Positions 17,470-25,240 of a DNA stretch of 26,722 nucleotides are shown here, piece after piece. The notes beneath the pieces were generated by a model that saw only the letters and a list, made by a program, of their open reading frames with translations, had not been told where the DNA came from and did no database searches. The stretch is from a virus, in the IMG/VR virus record IMGVR_UViG_3300028584_001239; one strand, written 5' to 3'. Every line of letters begins with the position of its first letter. Within the stretch, counting starts at the first letter, position 1. The translations under genes and the position numbers were made by a program.

Positions 17470-18087
17470 ATGAATTACAATGAGTATATAAAAATACAAA
17501 ACCTTATCCATATCTACGATTTTTATGGTGAGTCATTTTTAAAAAACGAAGGTGGTGATGATATGTGGGCTGGAAGAACTCGCTGTTTACTGAATGCAAT
17601 GTGTGAGTTAGCAAATGATAATAAGTATCCAATCAGTTCAGATCTACCAGATCTCATGGATTTTGTGGATAATAATACAAATGCTAAAAAACTTAATGAT
17701 TATGTCTATAATCTTCCCGGTTTTCAGCCAAGCTTAGGTAAAAACCAAACCCCCGGACTCTACACCCAACATGGATTTGTCGCAATGGGATTACACAACC
17801 TGAGAACTAGAAATCTGAAATATTTTAATGGTGAATGTGAATTCAAACTTAATGGAAAATACAGATTAAGACAAGATCAAACAGGAATATACCTTAATAT
17901 CGAATTTGACGATTTTTCATTAAAACTAGAAAAAAGAAATGAATTTCTCGAAAAGACATTTAGAATAAATAATGTGCTAGTCGATAATCTAACCTTTCAT
18001 GAATTAATAAACATGATTACCTATGCCAGTGCAGTCAAATCCATAAGTAAAGAAAACACACAAGCTGCTCATTTTTTCTTAGGTTGA
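17470..18087 (+). CDS. paralog family B (5 of 5), strongest DotL/IcmO resemblance
   Basis: GGDDMWAGR...LNDYVYNLPGFQPSLGKNQ...TQHGFVAMGL; GAGGG RBS. Confidence 0.75.
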   Translation: MNYNEYIKIQNLIHIYDFYGESFLKNEGGDDMWAGRTRCLLNAMCELANDNKYPISSDLPDLMDFVDNNTNAKKLNDYVYNLPGFQPSLGKNQTPGLYTQHGFVAMGLHNLRTRNLKYFNGECEFKLNGKYRLRQDQTGIYLNIEFDDFSLKLEKRNEFLEKTFRINNVLVDNLTFHELINMITYASAVKSISKENTQAAHFFLG

Positions 18088-18114
18088 ATTTAAGGTGTTT
18101 TTTGTATAATTTTG

Positions 18115-18123
18115 TGATATAAT
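18115..18123 (+). promoter_or_regulatory. extended -10 element
   Basis: TGA-TATAAT upstream of an AGGAG RBS; no clear -35. Confidence 0.5.
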
Positions 18124-18143
18124 TGAGAAAATTATAGGAGTTA

Positions 18144-18656
18144 ATGCTCATGTTTAATTATTTCAAGAAAAAACACATACTGAACCATATTCTGCATATC
18201 CTAAGAATTGATCATGGTATGAACACCTATCCAGAACTGCACTTTAAATACACATTAGACGATAATGTGTTAACACTGGTCTTGCCATCAAAACATCAAT
18301 ACATTTTTTCACCTTTTGAAGAAGAACTGACCATCACCTATAACAAGCTTACAGAGAAAGTTAAGTTATCAACAGATAAATTTGATGTGGCTAGTGATAG
18401 AACGTTAAAAAGACATATCAGAAAATGCGTTAAGTTTCTAGAAAAAAGAAATGAGTTTAACACAATGATCTACAACGAGCGTAAAAAAATGGCACAATAC
18501 ATTGATCCAAAACATCGTCAATGTGGTCATGGAAAAAGAGACAAAGATGGCAATGTATACAGTGACTTTGTATATGCGGCTTCTGATGATTCATGCGATA
18601 GTGGTGGGCATGATAGCTCTCATGATCATCACAGCAACCATCATAACGATAACTAA
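18144..18656 (+). CDS. hypothetical protein with Asp/Ser/His-rich tail
   Basis: AGGAG RBS; ends DDSCDSGGHDSSHDHHSNHHNDN. Confidence 0.78.
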   Translation: MLMFNYFKKKHILNHILHILRIDHGMNTYPELHFKYTLDDNVLTLVLPSKHQYIFSPFEEELTITYNKLTEKVKLSTDKFDVASDRTLKRHIRKCVKFLEKRNEFNTMIYNERKKMAQYIDPKHRQCGHGKRDKDGNVYSDFVYAASDDSCDSGGHDSSHDHHSNHHNDN

Positions 18657-18675
18657 CAATATACACATTTTAAAT

Positions 18676-18695
18676 AAGGCTATTCGTAGCCTTTT
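18676..18695 (+). terminator. hairpin with UUCG loop and short T-tract
   Basis: AAGGCTA-TTCG-TAGCCTT-TT. Confidence 0.6.
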
Positions 18696-18714
18696 AACCA
18701 TTGAGGAAAAGGAA

Positions 18715-19011
18715 ATGAATGAAAAACCAGTATTAAGACTATTTGCAGATTATTGCTGCGGATTCGCATTGTGGAATAGCCATGATCATGATATTTTGAC
18801 TGGTTCAGAAGAACAACTGTTGGAAATCGGTATATTGCCACACACCATTGTATTATTGAAAGCTATTGTGTATGTGCATGATTGGGAGCCATCGGATGAA
18901 GAACCATCAAACGAATCCAACATTACTTACGATTATCTGGTTAACATGGCAAAGGTTTGTTTGGAAAAGCAAATTGGTGATAAGTTTACCATTGTAACTC
19001 TTGAAAGATAG
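18715..19011 (+). CDS. small acidic hypothetical protein (98 aa)
   Basis: ATG 18715 after GAGGA/AAGGA; the track start at 18502 overlaps the previous gene and spans the hairpin. Confidence 0.75.
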   Translation: MNEKPVLRLFADYCCGFALWNSHDHDILTGSEEQLLEIGILPHTIVLLKAIVYVHDWEPSDEEPSNESNITYDYLVNMAKVCLEKQIGDKFTIVTLER

Positions 19012-19038
19012 TCAAAACAATTAAATTTTACTGACAAT

Positions 19039-19065
19039 AAAAAACACCACATCTGTGGTGTTTTT
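19039..19065. terminator. bidirectional intrinsic terminator
   Basis: AAAAACACCAC-ATCT-GTGGTGTTTTT between convergent genes. Confidence 0.8.
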
Positions 19066-19074
19066 GTTTATAAG

Positions 19075-19293
19075 TTAAGATTGCGGTTGAGCGACAAGTA
19101 AATGAGCAAAACCTGCTTGAAACAGATGGCCTTTTTCTGCAAAGATAGCATCAATTTCTTTCAATCGTGCTCTATACCGATCTGCTTCTGGTGAACAAAG
19201 GTTAGTCTTCCAAAGCTTATCACCCAGCTTCTTCCTCTCTGCACGAAGCTTCTTCCGCTCCATAACCAGTTTTTTAGCTGTTTTATCGTCCAT
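19075..19293 (-). CDS. small basic helical protein (72 aa)
   Basis: ATG 19293 (MDDKTAKK) follows GAGGTG at 19300-19305; the track TTG start lies inside the promoter spacer. Confidence 0.7.
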   Translation of the reverse strand: MDDKTAKKLVMERKKLRAERKKLGDKLWKTNLCSPEADRYRARLKEIDAIFAEKGHLFQAGFAHLLVAQPQS

Positions 19294-19395
19294 TCGAGTC
19301 ACCTCAATAGTTTGTTTGATTAACGGCATTAACGATTTAAATAAGGTAGTCTTTACCGTTTTTAAGTATCTGCAGTGCTTTATAGCTGAGTCTAT

Positions 19396-19424
19396 ATTAT
19401 ACTCCAAAACGGTTAAGACATCAA
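19396..19424 (-). promoter_or_regulatory. sigma70-type promoter
   Basis: TTGATG-17 nt-TATAAT. Confidence 0.65.
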
Positions 19425-19466
19425 GAATATTGTGTTCAATCGAAAATCATTAACAAGAAATATTGA

Positions 19467-19844
19467 TTAATCTTCTTCCATCGACATATCGAACTCATCT
19501 TCAATCAATAGGACATCAACTACTTGACCATCCTCAATAAACTGAATGTATTCAATATCAAAATCATAAAGCTCCCGGTTGATTGACAGCAATGGAGCTG
19601 GCGAAATCCCTTCACAAATCCCCTCTACAATCAAAACATCGTCTGAATTAAATACTTTAAAGATGTATGGATAACATTGATTTTCAATCGCTCGCTGAAT
19701 AGCTTCTTTATCAATCTTACCTGCAACTACATAGGCACCATCACCAGACAATTCAGATAATCCAATAATTGAACTCTCTAAATATTCAACAAATGTATCT
19801 GATTTTTTGTCATGCTTAAAGCCTTTTGTTACCAACCAATCCAT
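19467..19844 (-). CDS. acidic hypothetical protein
   Basis: GAGGA RBS; TGT-TATAAT at 19877-19885; D/E-rich C-terminus. Confidence 0.8.
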   Translation of the reverse strand: MDWLVTKGFKHDKKSDTFVEYLESSIIGLSELSGDGAYVVAGKIDKEAIQRAIENQCYPYIFKVFNSDDVLIVEGICEGISPAPLLSINRELYDFDIEYIQFIEDGQVVDVLLIEDEFDMSMEED

Positions 19845-20050
19845 ATGTTTTATCCTCTTTTTTATAATGATGAATAATTATAACATGATGATTTTCAAAA
19901 TAAAAGTATTTTTAAATAACTTATTGAAATTAATAGAATGAACAGAGAATAAAATTATTATTTCTTATATTTTAATAACGGGTTTTTACACCATGATTTC
20001 TTCTATATGTTTTAAGATATTTACAACAATAATTTGCTTTGATTTGTTTT

Positions 20051-20157
20051 ATAAAACGGAAAATTGAGAATAATGACAGGATATAACGGATTTTTGTATG
20101 TAAAATTCTCAATAACCATGAATGACAATATATTAGGGGAGATAAAACGGAAAATTG
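20051..20157 (+). repeat. perfect 16-bp direct repeat ATAAAACGGAAAATTG x2 with degenerate copies
   Basis: Copies at 20051-20066 and 20142-20157; related ATATAACGGATTTTTG at 20081-20096 and ATAACGGGTTTT at 19975-19986. Confidence 0.75.
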
Positions 20158-20170
20158 TAAATCAAGAAAA

Positions 20171-21142
20171 TCAAATTTCAAAATTCTTGAAATACCATTC
20201 ACGACAACGAACTGCCAATGATTTAGTAACATCTTTCCAAAGAAGGTTATTCTCAACAAGCAAGGCTGACTCTTCTTTCAAACAATCCATTGATACATAC
20301 TTCAAGAACAATCCGAAGTTTTCTGGAATAACTTCAATATTGTGATCTTTAATCATTTGTTTCATGCGATTGTCAGTCAACATAATATCAACACACTCAT
20401 GAATCGAGTTTACCTTTTCTACATCAACAGTGGCCGCTTTTGCAGATGGGTTTTTACGAACAGAGTGTTTTGGCCCTTTCGTTTTAAAAATGTAACCTGA
20501 GTTAGTTGGATCATCGGTCAAGTGCCAAACAATACCTTCACCAATGCCTGAAACGCCAAACTGCAAAGCCCAAGGACACTCAGATTCAACAGCCAGAGTA
20601 AGTTCAGTCAACATTTCTTCAATGTTACCCGGATTAGCAAAGTTGATATCAATATTGTAAGTAGGGACTTCATATACGTTATAGATACGGTAATCATGGT
20701 TGTGATACTCACGATTAAGCGTAATGTATTGAGAATCAACATGAGCCGCAAACATAATAAAATGCTTCTGCACTTTACCCACTGCTGCACTATTCTGAAC
20801 ACCTTCACCTGCCCATTCACCAAAAACAGTCAAAACACCTTTTCCTGATGGATTAAGAGCCTTATACATCTCTTGAATGACCTTTGGTGTCAATGACATG
20901 CAATAAGCGGCAAAACCGGCATTATCGTGATCGAAGGTAACGATTTTCTCTCGACCTTGTGCTGTTACAGTTGTGGCGTCCGCTGACTCAATAATCATAC
21001 CGGCATTGGTGCCATGAATTTTGACGGTACCTGTGAAATTCAAAGTAGGCAATTCAGCATGTGGAATACCATTATAGTCAGCGTTAGCACGCAACATCGT
21101 GAAGATTTTGGAAAGACCATCAATACTTCTAAATTTTTTCAT
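20171..21142 (-). CDS. RNA ligase, Rnl2 family
   Basis: Nucleotidyltransferase motif I TVKIHGTN, motif III VFGEWAG, motif IV GEGIVW, motif V IFKTK, plus a helical C-terminal domain. Confidence 0.88.
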   Translation of the reverse strand: MKKFRSIDGLSKIFTMLRANADYNGIPHAELPTLNFTGTVKIHGTNAGMIIESADATTVTAQGREKIVTFDHDNAGFAAYCMSLTPKVIQEMYKALNPSGKGVLTVFGEWAGEGVQNSAAVGKVQKHFIMFAAHVDSQYITLNREYHNHDYRIYNVYEVPTYNIDINFANPGNIEEMLTELTLAVESECPWALQFGVSGIGEGIVWHLTDDPTNSGYIFKTKGPKHSVRKNPSAKAATVDVEKVNSIHECVDIMLTDNRMKQMIKDHNIEVIPENFGLFLKYVSMDCLKEESALLVENNLLWKDVTKSLAVRCREWYFKNFEI

Positions 21143-21176
21143 TATTTAAGCCTCATCGCTTCGTAAAAGATGCGAT

Positions 21177-21205
21177 ATTATAGCACATGCTTAAAAAATA
21201 GTCAA
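21177..21205 (-). promoter_or_regulatory. extended -10 promoter
   Basis: TTGACT-17 nt-TATAAT preceded by TGC. Confidence 0.8.
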
Positions 21206-21248
21206 AAAAAAGCCACTCAACTGAGCAGCTTCGTTTTATTTTGCTTTA

Positions 21249-21482
21249 TTAACTTAAATCAACATCCAGTTTAAGTGTAACTTTTAGTTCTTCGTAACGT
21301 ATTGCTTTATAGGTCTTGTTTTTATTTTCTGCAATCCACTGCTTTAAAAGTTCCTCGGTTTCAAAGGATTTAAAAGTTTCCACATTCTCAGTGTAAGCTG
21401 GATATCCGTGGCCGGGATTTGTTCTACTTCTTTCATCACCTTCATGATGAATAGATACATTATAAATAACGCCGTATTTCAT
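21249..21482 (-). CDS. small conserved phage-type hypothetical protein
   Basis: GDERSRTNPGHGYP motif that I recall from uncharacterised phage proteins; AAGGAG RBS. Confidence 0.8.
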   Translation of the reverse strand: MKYGVIYNVSIHHEGDERSRTNPGHGYPAYTENVETFKSFETEELLKQWIAENKNKTYKAIRYEELKVTLKLDVDLS

Positions 21483-21503
21483 AATAATTCTCCTTATGAT
21501 TAA

Positions 21504-22184
21504 TTATCTTTTCGGTATAGGGTATTTCAATGGATAAACGTTCACATAAATAAGTTGATTATTTTTACTGAATAAGAAATGATTGCGATAACCCACTTTG
21601 AATGTTTCAGACACATTAAAAGTAAATGAATCTACAATAGGCTTATTATATTGGTCTAACTTACCAGTAAAGGTTTTCATACGAAGCACAATATTGAAAT
21701 TACGAGTATCCAGTCTTGGATCATTTCCAAGCATTTCAAAACGTAAAATATCAGAAGGATCGCCAGCTTTTTTATTAGTAACAATGTGATTCGATTCAGT
21801 TTTGTAAAGAATATTGTTCTCATTTCTTGGCACGCCCATCACAGTATAGCTACCATAGAGGGTCTGAGAACCTAATGAAGAAAACGCGGTACTTACATTG
21901 CCTGTGCTAAATAATTGTTTCATAGCTGCATCATTGATCAACACATGACAATTGTTATTAGGTACAATATTCACATACTGAACATCAACAGCATATCCAC
22001 CAAAACTAGACAAATTGGCAGGAACCACTTTTTTAACTACTTTATCTTCAAAACAGACAGTGGGATCAACAGGTTTATTACTAACAGCGGGAACATCTGG
22101 CCCTGCTGGATAAGCTGCAGTAGCTAACCCTGAAAATAAAGCAAGTAAAAGTGTAGCAATTGATAGACTTAAAGACTTTTTCAT
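21504..22184 (-). CDS. exported hypothetical protein
   Basis: Sec signal peptide MKKSLSLSIATLLLALFSGLATA; GAGGA RBS; promoter TTGATA-16-TAAGAT at 22212-22239. Confidence 0.82.
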   Translation of the reverse strand: MKKSLSLSIATLLLALFSGLATAAYPAGPDVPAVSNKPVDPTVCFEDKVVKKVVPANLSSFGGYAVDVQYVNIVPNNNCHVLINDAAMKQLFSTGNVSTAFSSLGSQTLYGSYTVMGVPRNENNILYKTESNHIVTNKKAGDPSDILRFEMLGNDPRLDTRNFNIVLRMKTFTGKLDQYNKPIVDSFTFNVSETFKVGYRNHFLFSKNNQLIYVNVYPLKYPIPKR

Positions 22185-22246
22185 AGAATATCCTCATATT
22201 TAAACAATGATATCTTATCACTGTTAAAAGAAATATCAATATCGAC

Positions 22247-22278
22247 AAAAAAAGAAACCTTGCATGGCAAGGCTCTTT
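22247..22278 (-). terminator. intrinsic terminator
   Basis: CCTTGC-ATG-GCAAGG with an A-rich tract on the left. Confidence 0.6.
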
Positions 22279-22284
22279 AATGGT

Positions 22285-23466
22285 TTAACTAATAGACGAA
22301 TCGTGATTTTCTAAAACACTTGAAAAAATCATTCCGATGACTGAGAAGTCTACCAACTTAGTAAAGATTTCTTTAAGGTTGACCACTTCAATGCTGATAA
22401 CTTCACCGTCCTCAATGTTGCCAAATTTTTGGTCTTTTTTCGCAACAATCGAGTCATATTCAGATTTAGTCAATTCAATTTTGTAAAGATGAACTTGATG
22501 AGTAGCAAAAGTAGCCGCCACTTGTCGAGTGTCTACATGCACCAAACGAGTGTCATCATCCAGTGTAAAGCCGACTTCCTCGTGGAGTTCACCTTTGACA
22601 ATAGACACAATATTTTTTTCTGGATTGAAAGAGCTTCCACCGGGTAACTCATACACAAAACCTTCCATGTTGTTAACAGTGCTACGAAATTCTTTAACCA
22701 ACACAATTTTAGTGTCATCAATGTCTTTGTAATACATGCATACATTGATACTGTCTTTTCGTGAGAAGACAAATTCATTGCTTTTCAATCTACGTTCACT
22801 GGCGACCCAAATCTTAACGGCCAATACATATGCAAATAGATGGTTATCACCAACTGTGACTTGACTGTGTACACGAGCTGATTCCAACGTATTACCAGCA
22901 GCCAGCAAATTAGCATACCAGTTTTGAAATTGGTCAGACTTCCAAATGAACAAAGGAACATGCACTTCACCATCTTTACGGAACGAACCATCACCCAGCG
23001 TTTTAGCCACATGATCAAGTGTAGCAGACAAGGTTTCAAAAACAGGATAACCCTTATCAGTCATACGTTTATCAAGGTATTTACATTTTTCTGCTTCTGG
23101 TGGACGGCCATAGACGACTTTACCTGTGGCAAGATCTTCACCGAATTCAATATTGGTCACGAAACCGGGCATTTTACCTTCGATACTTCGTGGAATCCAA
23201 AAGACAATGGTATCAGAAATATCACGGCACAAACATTCCCATTCTACTTGAGTATGATAGTTCCAATTAGGCAAGTCAGTAGAGCCATAGAAGCGTTTTT
23301 CTGGAATAGGAACAAAGATGGTACCTTGGAAGTTGATGCTTTTTAGATAATCAATAGCTTCATGTCGCCAATCCAGTACCCCAATTTCCCGAGGCGAAGG
23401 GCCAGCAAGGAAAAGTGACTTTGTAATGTTTTTTGGAACGGGATGGTCGGCAAATACGATATTCAT
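22285..23466 (-). CDS. nucleoside 2-deoxyribosyltransferase-like domain fused to a Nudix hydrolase
   Basis: N-terminal SLFLAGPSPR, WRxEA, QVEWE, VFWIPR, TNIEFG; C-terminal LVKEFR and Nudix-like box ELPGG...GELHEEVG. ATG 23466 follows GGAG at 23473-23476. Confidence 0.85.
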   Translation of the reverse strand: MNIVFADHPVPKNITKSLFLAGPSPREIGVLDWRHEAIDYLKSINFQGTIFVPIPEKRFYGSTDLPNWNYHTQVEWECLCRDISDTIVFWIPRSIEGKMPGFVTNIEFGEDLATGKVVYGRPPEAEKCKYLDKRMTDKGYPVFETLSATLDHVAKTLGDGSFRKDGEVHVPLFIWKSDQFQNWYANLLAAGNTLESARVHSQVTVGDNHLFAYVLAVKIWVASERRLKSNEFVFSRKDSINVCMYYKDIDDTKIVLVKEFRSTVNNMEGFVYELPGGSSFNPEKNIVSIVKGELHEEVGFTLDDDTRLVHVDTRQVAATFATHQVHLYKIELTKSEYDSIVAKKDQKFGNIEDGEVISIEVVNLKEIFTKLVDFSVIGMIFSSVLENHDSSIS

Positions 23467-23562
23467 AATTATCTCCATGATTTAAGATAGATCAGTTTAA
23501 CACGTTTTCTTTTACTTTTAAAGTTTTTTATCAAAAAAAGATGATTTAACAAAAAGAATGTG

Positions 23563-23590
23563 AAAAAAAATAAGATCCGAAGATCTTATT
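23563..23590 (-). terminator. intrinsic terminator with UUCG tetraloop
   Basis: Plus strand AATAAGATC-CGAA-GATCTTATT with an A-tract on the left. Confidence 0.75.
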
Positions 23591-23604
23591 GTTTATTGTT
23601 TTAA

Positions 23605-24252
23605 TCAATGTTTACAAATAGTGTAATAATAGTCAAAACGACCACCACTGAATTCAGTTGTTCTCATGATAGGATCGATACGAGTATATTTGTATCCACC
23701 TACTGTAATTGTCTTACCCGTCGCAGATGTCTCGTAAATCATTACGCCTTTCCATGCAATTGATGCAACATCCGAATAGTTTCTATCAATCCAGAAAGTG
23801 TCATTGCCAAAACCAGAACTATAACCGCATTCACCAACCACTTTGGTTCCCATTTCTTGTTTTGTGTCGCTGACAGTAATATTTTTATTTTCAATGGTTG
23901 GTGAGCCTACATTACGATATTCTAAGGTGACATCATTTTGTTCTCTTTCCTGCACGGTTCTTGATTGTGGTTGCTGACAATCTGTGGCGGTTTGTGTAAA
24001 GTATTCATCAAATATCATAGTATCAGCACTGGGTGACCAGTTAGAACAAGCAGTAATAGGGCCATTATTAGACCATTCAGTAGCTACACTCTCTGCTGGA
24101 ATCCACTTAGGTGTTATAACAGGTGGTGTCACAACAGACGGATTTTTGATACTGATAGAACTGCCATCTAACGTATATCTCATCGAATATTCAGCCATTG
24201 ATATAGATGGAATAATACTAGAAAGAATCATAATTCTCATGAAATTTTTCAT
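23605..24252 (-). CDS. exported Thr/Trp/Cys-rich protein
   Basis: Signal peptide, Pro-rich linker, module W...CSNWSP...FTQTATDCQQPQSRTVQEREQ...YRNVG, and a C-terminal Cys pair. Confidence 0.8.
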   Translation of the reverse strand: MKNFMRIMILSSIIPSISMAEYSMRYTLDGSSISIKNPSVVTPPVITPKWIPAESVATEWSNNGPITACSNWSPSADTMIFDEYFTQTATDCQQPQSRTVQEREQNDVTLEYRNVGSPTIENKNITVSDTKQEMGTKVVGECGYSSGFGNDTFWIDRNYSDVASIAWKGVMIYETSATGKTITVGGYKYTRIDPIMRTTEFSGGRFDYYYTICKH

Positions 24253-24392
24253 ATCTTTTCTTTATTGTTATTATTCATTTAATATACTATACAAATTGAA
24301 TACAATCAAATATTGTTTTAATTGAAGTAATTTATAAATATTGAGTTATTCTATTTTTGGTTAATAATGAATAAACTTAAGGAGGACTTGTC

Positions 24393-25193
24393 ATGAAGTA
24401 TTTCGAATGCAATATTAAAAAAATAGATTTACTTAAATTTGTGAAAAGTAATCTTAGTGATTATATGCTAACAGAAGAAGATGAAGAGTTTCAAGAGCTA
24501 TATAACTATTACACATCGGCAAGTTACAGCATTAAACCAAATAAATTTAAAGGTAATCCATCATCAGCAAGCGTCCACATTGATAGGGAAGATAGTTTGG
24601 TAATGTTACTAGGTGGGACAGTAGAAGAACAAGTAGTTTTGTTCGATAAATTTAATAAAGCACCAATCAATAAACAAATCGTTCTAAACACTTTTAAGAC
24701 AGTGTATGAAATCGCTCATTATTACAAGTATTATGACCTTAACAATAGCCAGAAGATATCTGAAAAGCTCGATAAATGGTTAGACACACCTAATAGACTG
24801 CAAGATAAAATAGAAGTGGGTCTAAAATACGGACTTGTGGGTAGGATGACCACTGGGCGTAGTAAATCTATTAATGGACAGCTTTATTTGAGTGAGCATT
24901 ATTATATGGCTGATGACCTGACCATTATGCCTTGTCACACCTTAGAATTTCCCATGAAAGGTCTTTTTAAAATGACAGTATCCATTTTACATAACAAAGA
25001 AAAGACAATGATTTATCTGACTAAGACAGAAAATGGAGTCAATGAAGACGTGACCAATCCAGAAGTCTTAAAACAATCGCTTACTGATCGTTTCTTAGAC
25101 AGATACCAAGCTGCAGTGAAAAAATGGCTAAATGAGGAAAAAGTCGATTACAACGAAGACTATCTTCTTTTGTTAGAAATGATTAAAATTTGA
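24393..25193 (+). CDS. hypothetical protein with C-terminal LEMIKI tail
   Basis: Strong AAGGAGG RBS; ends DYLLLLEMIKI. Confidence 0.85.
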   Translation: MKYFECNIKKIDLLKFVKSNLSDYMLTEEDEEFQELYNYYTSASYSIKPNKFKGNPSSASVHIDREDSLVMLLGGTVEEQVVLFDKFNKAPINKQIVLNTFKTVYEIAHYYKYYDLNNSQKISEKLDKWLDTPNRLQDKIEVGLKYGLVGRMTTGRSKSINGQLYLSEHYYMADDLTIMPCHTLEFPMKGLFKMTVSILHNKEKTMIYLTKTENGVNEDVTNPEVLKQSLTDRFLDRYQAAVKKWLNEEKVDYNEDYLLLLEMIKI

Positions 25194-25197
25194 ACAT

Positions 25198-25225
25198 AAA
25201 AAAGCCTCAACGAAGAGGCTTTTTT
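25198..25225. terminator. bidirectional intrinsic terminator
   Basis: AAAAAAGCCTC-AACGAA-GAGGCTTTTTT between convergent genes. Confidence 0.82.
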
Positions 25226-25240
25226 GTAAACATAAAACGA

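Noticed and set aside
14855-18087. Diversity-generating retroelement or integron explanation for the array
   Set aside because: No reverse transcriptase or integrase, no near-identical template/variable repeats, and most spacers are too short (2-13 nt) for attC sites.
18502-19011. 169 aa track ORF starting at 18502
   Set aside because: Overlaps the previous gene by about 150 nt and crosses a terminator-like hairpin; a good RBS supports ATG 18715.
20051-20157. CRISPR mini-array
   Set aside because: Only two 16-bp repeats with a 75-bp gap, not palindromic, and no cas genes in the window.
19972-20345. Track ORFs 19972-20259 (-) and 20064-20345 (+)
   Set aside because: They overlap the RNA ligase gene, lack a clear RBS and run through the repeat region.
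21155-21176. ATCGC-N12-GCGAT palindrome at the RNA ligase promoter
   Set aside because: Arms are only 5 bp and I saw no second copy; could be chance.
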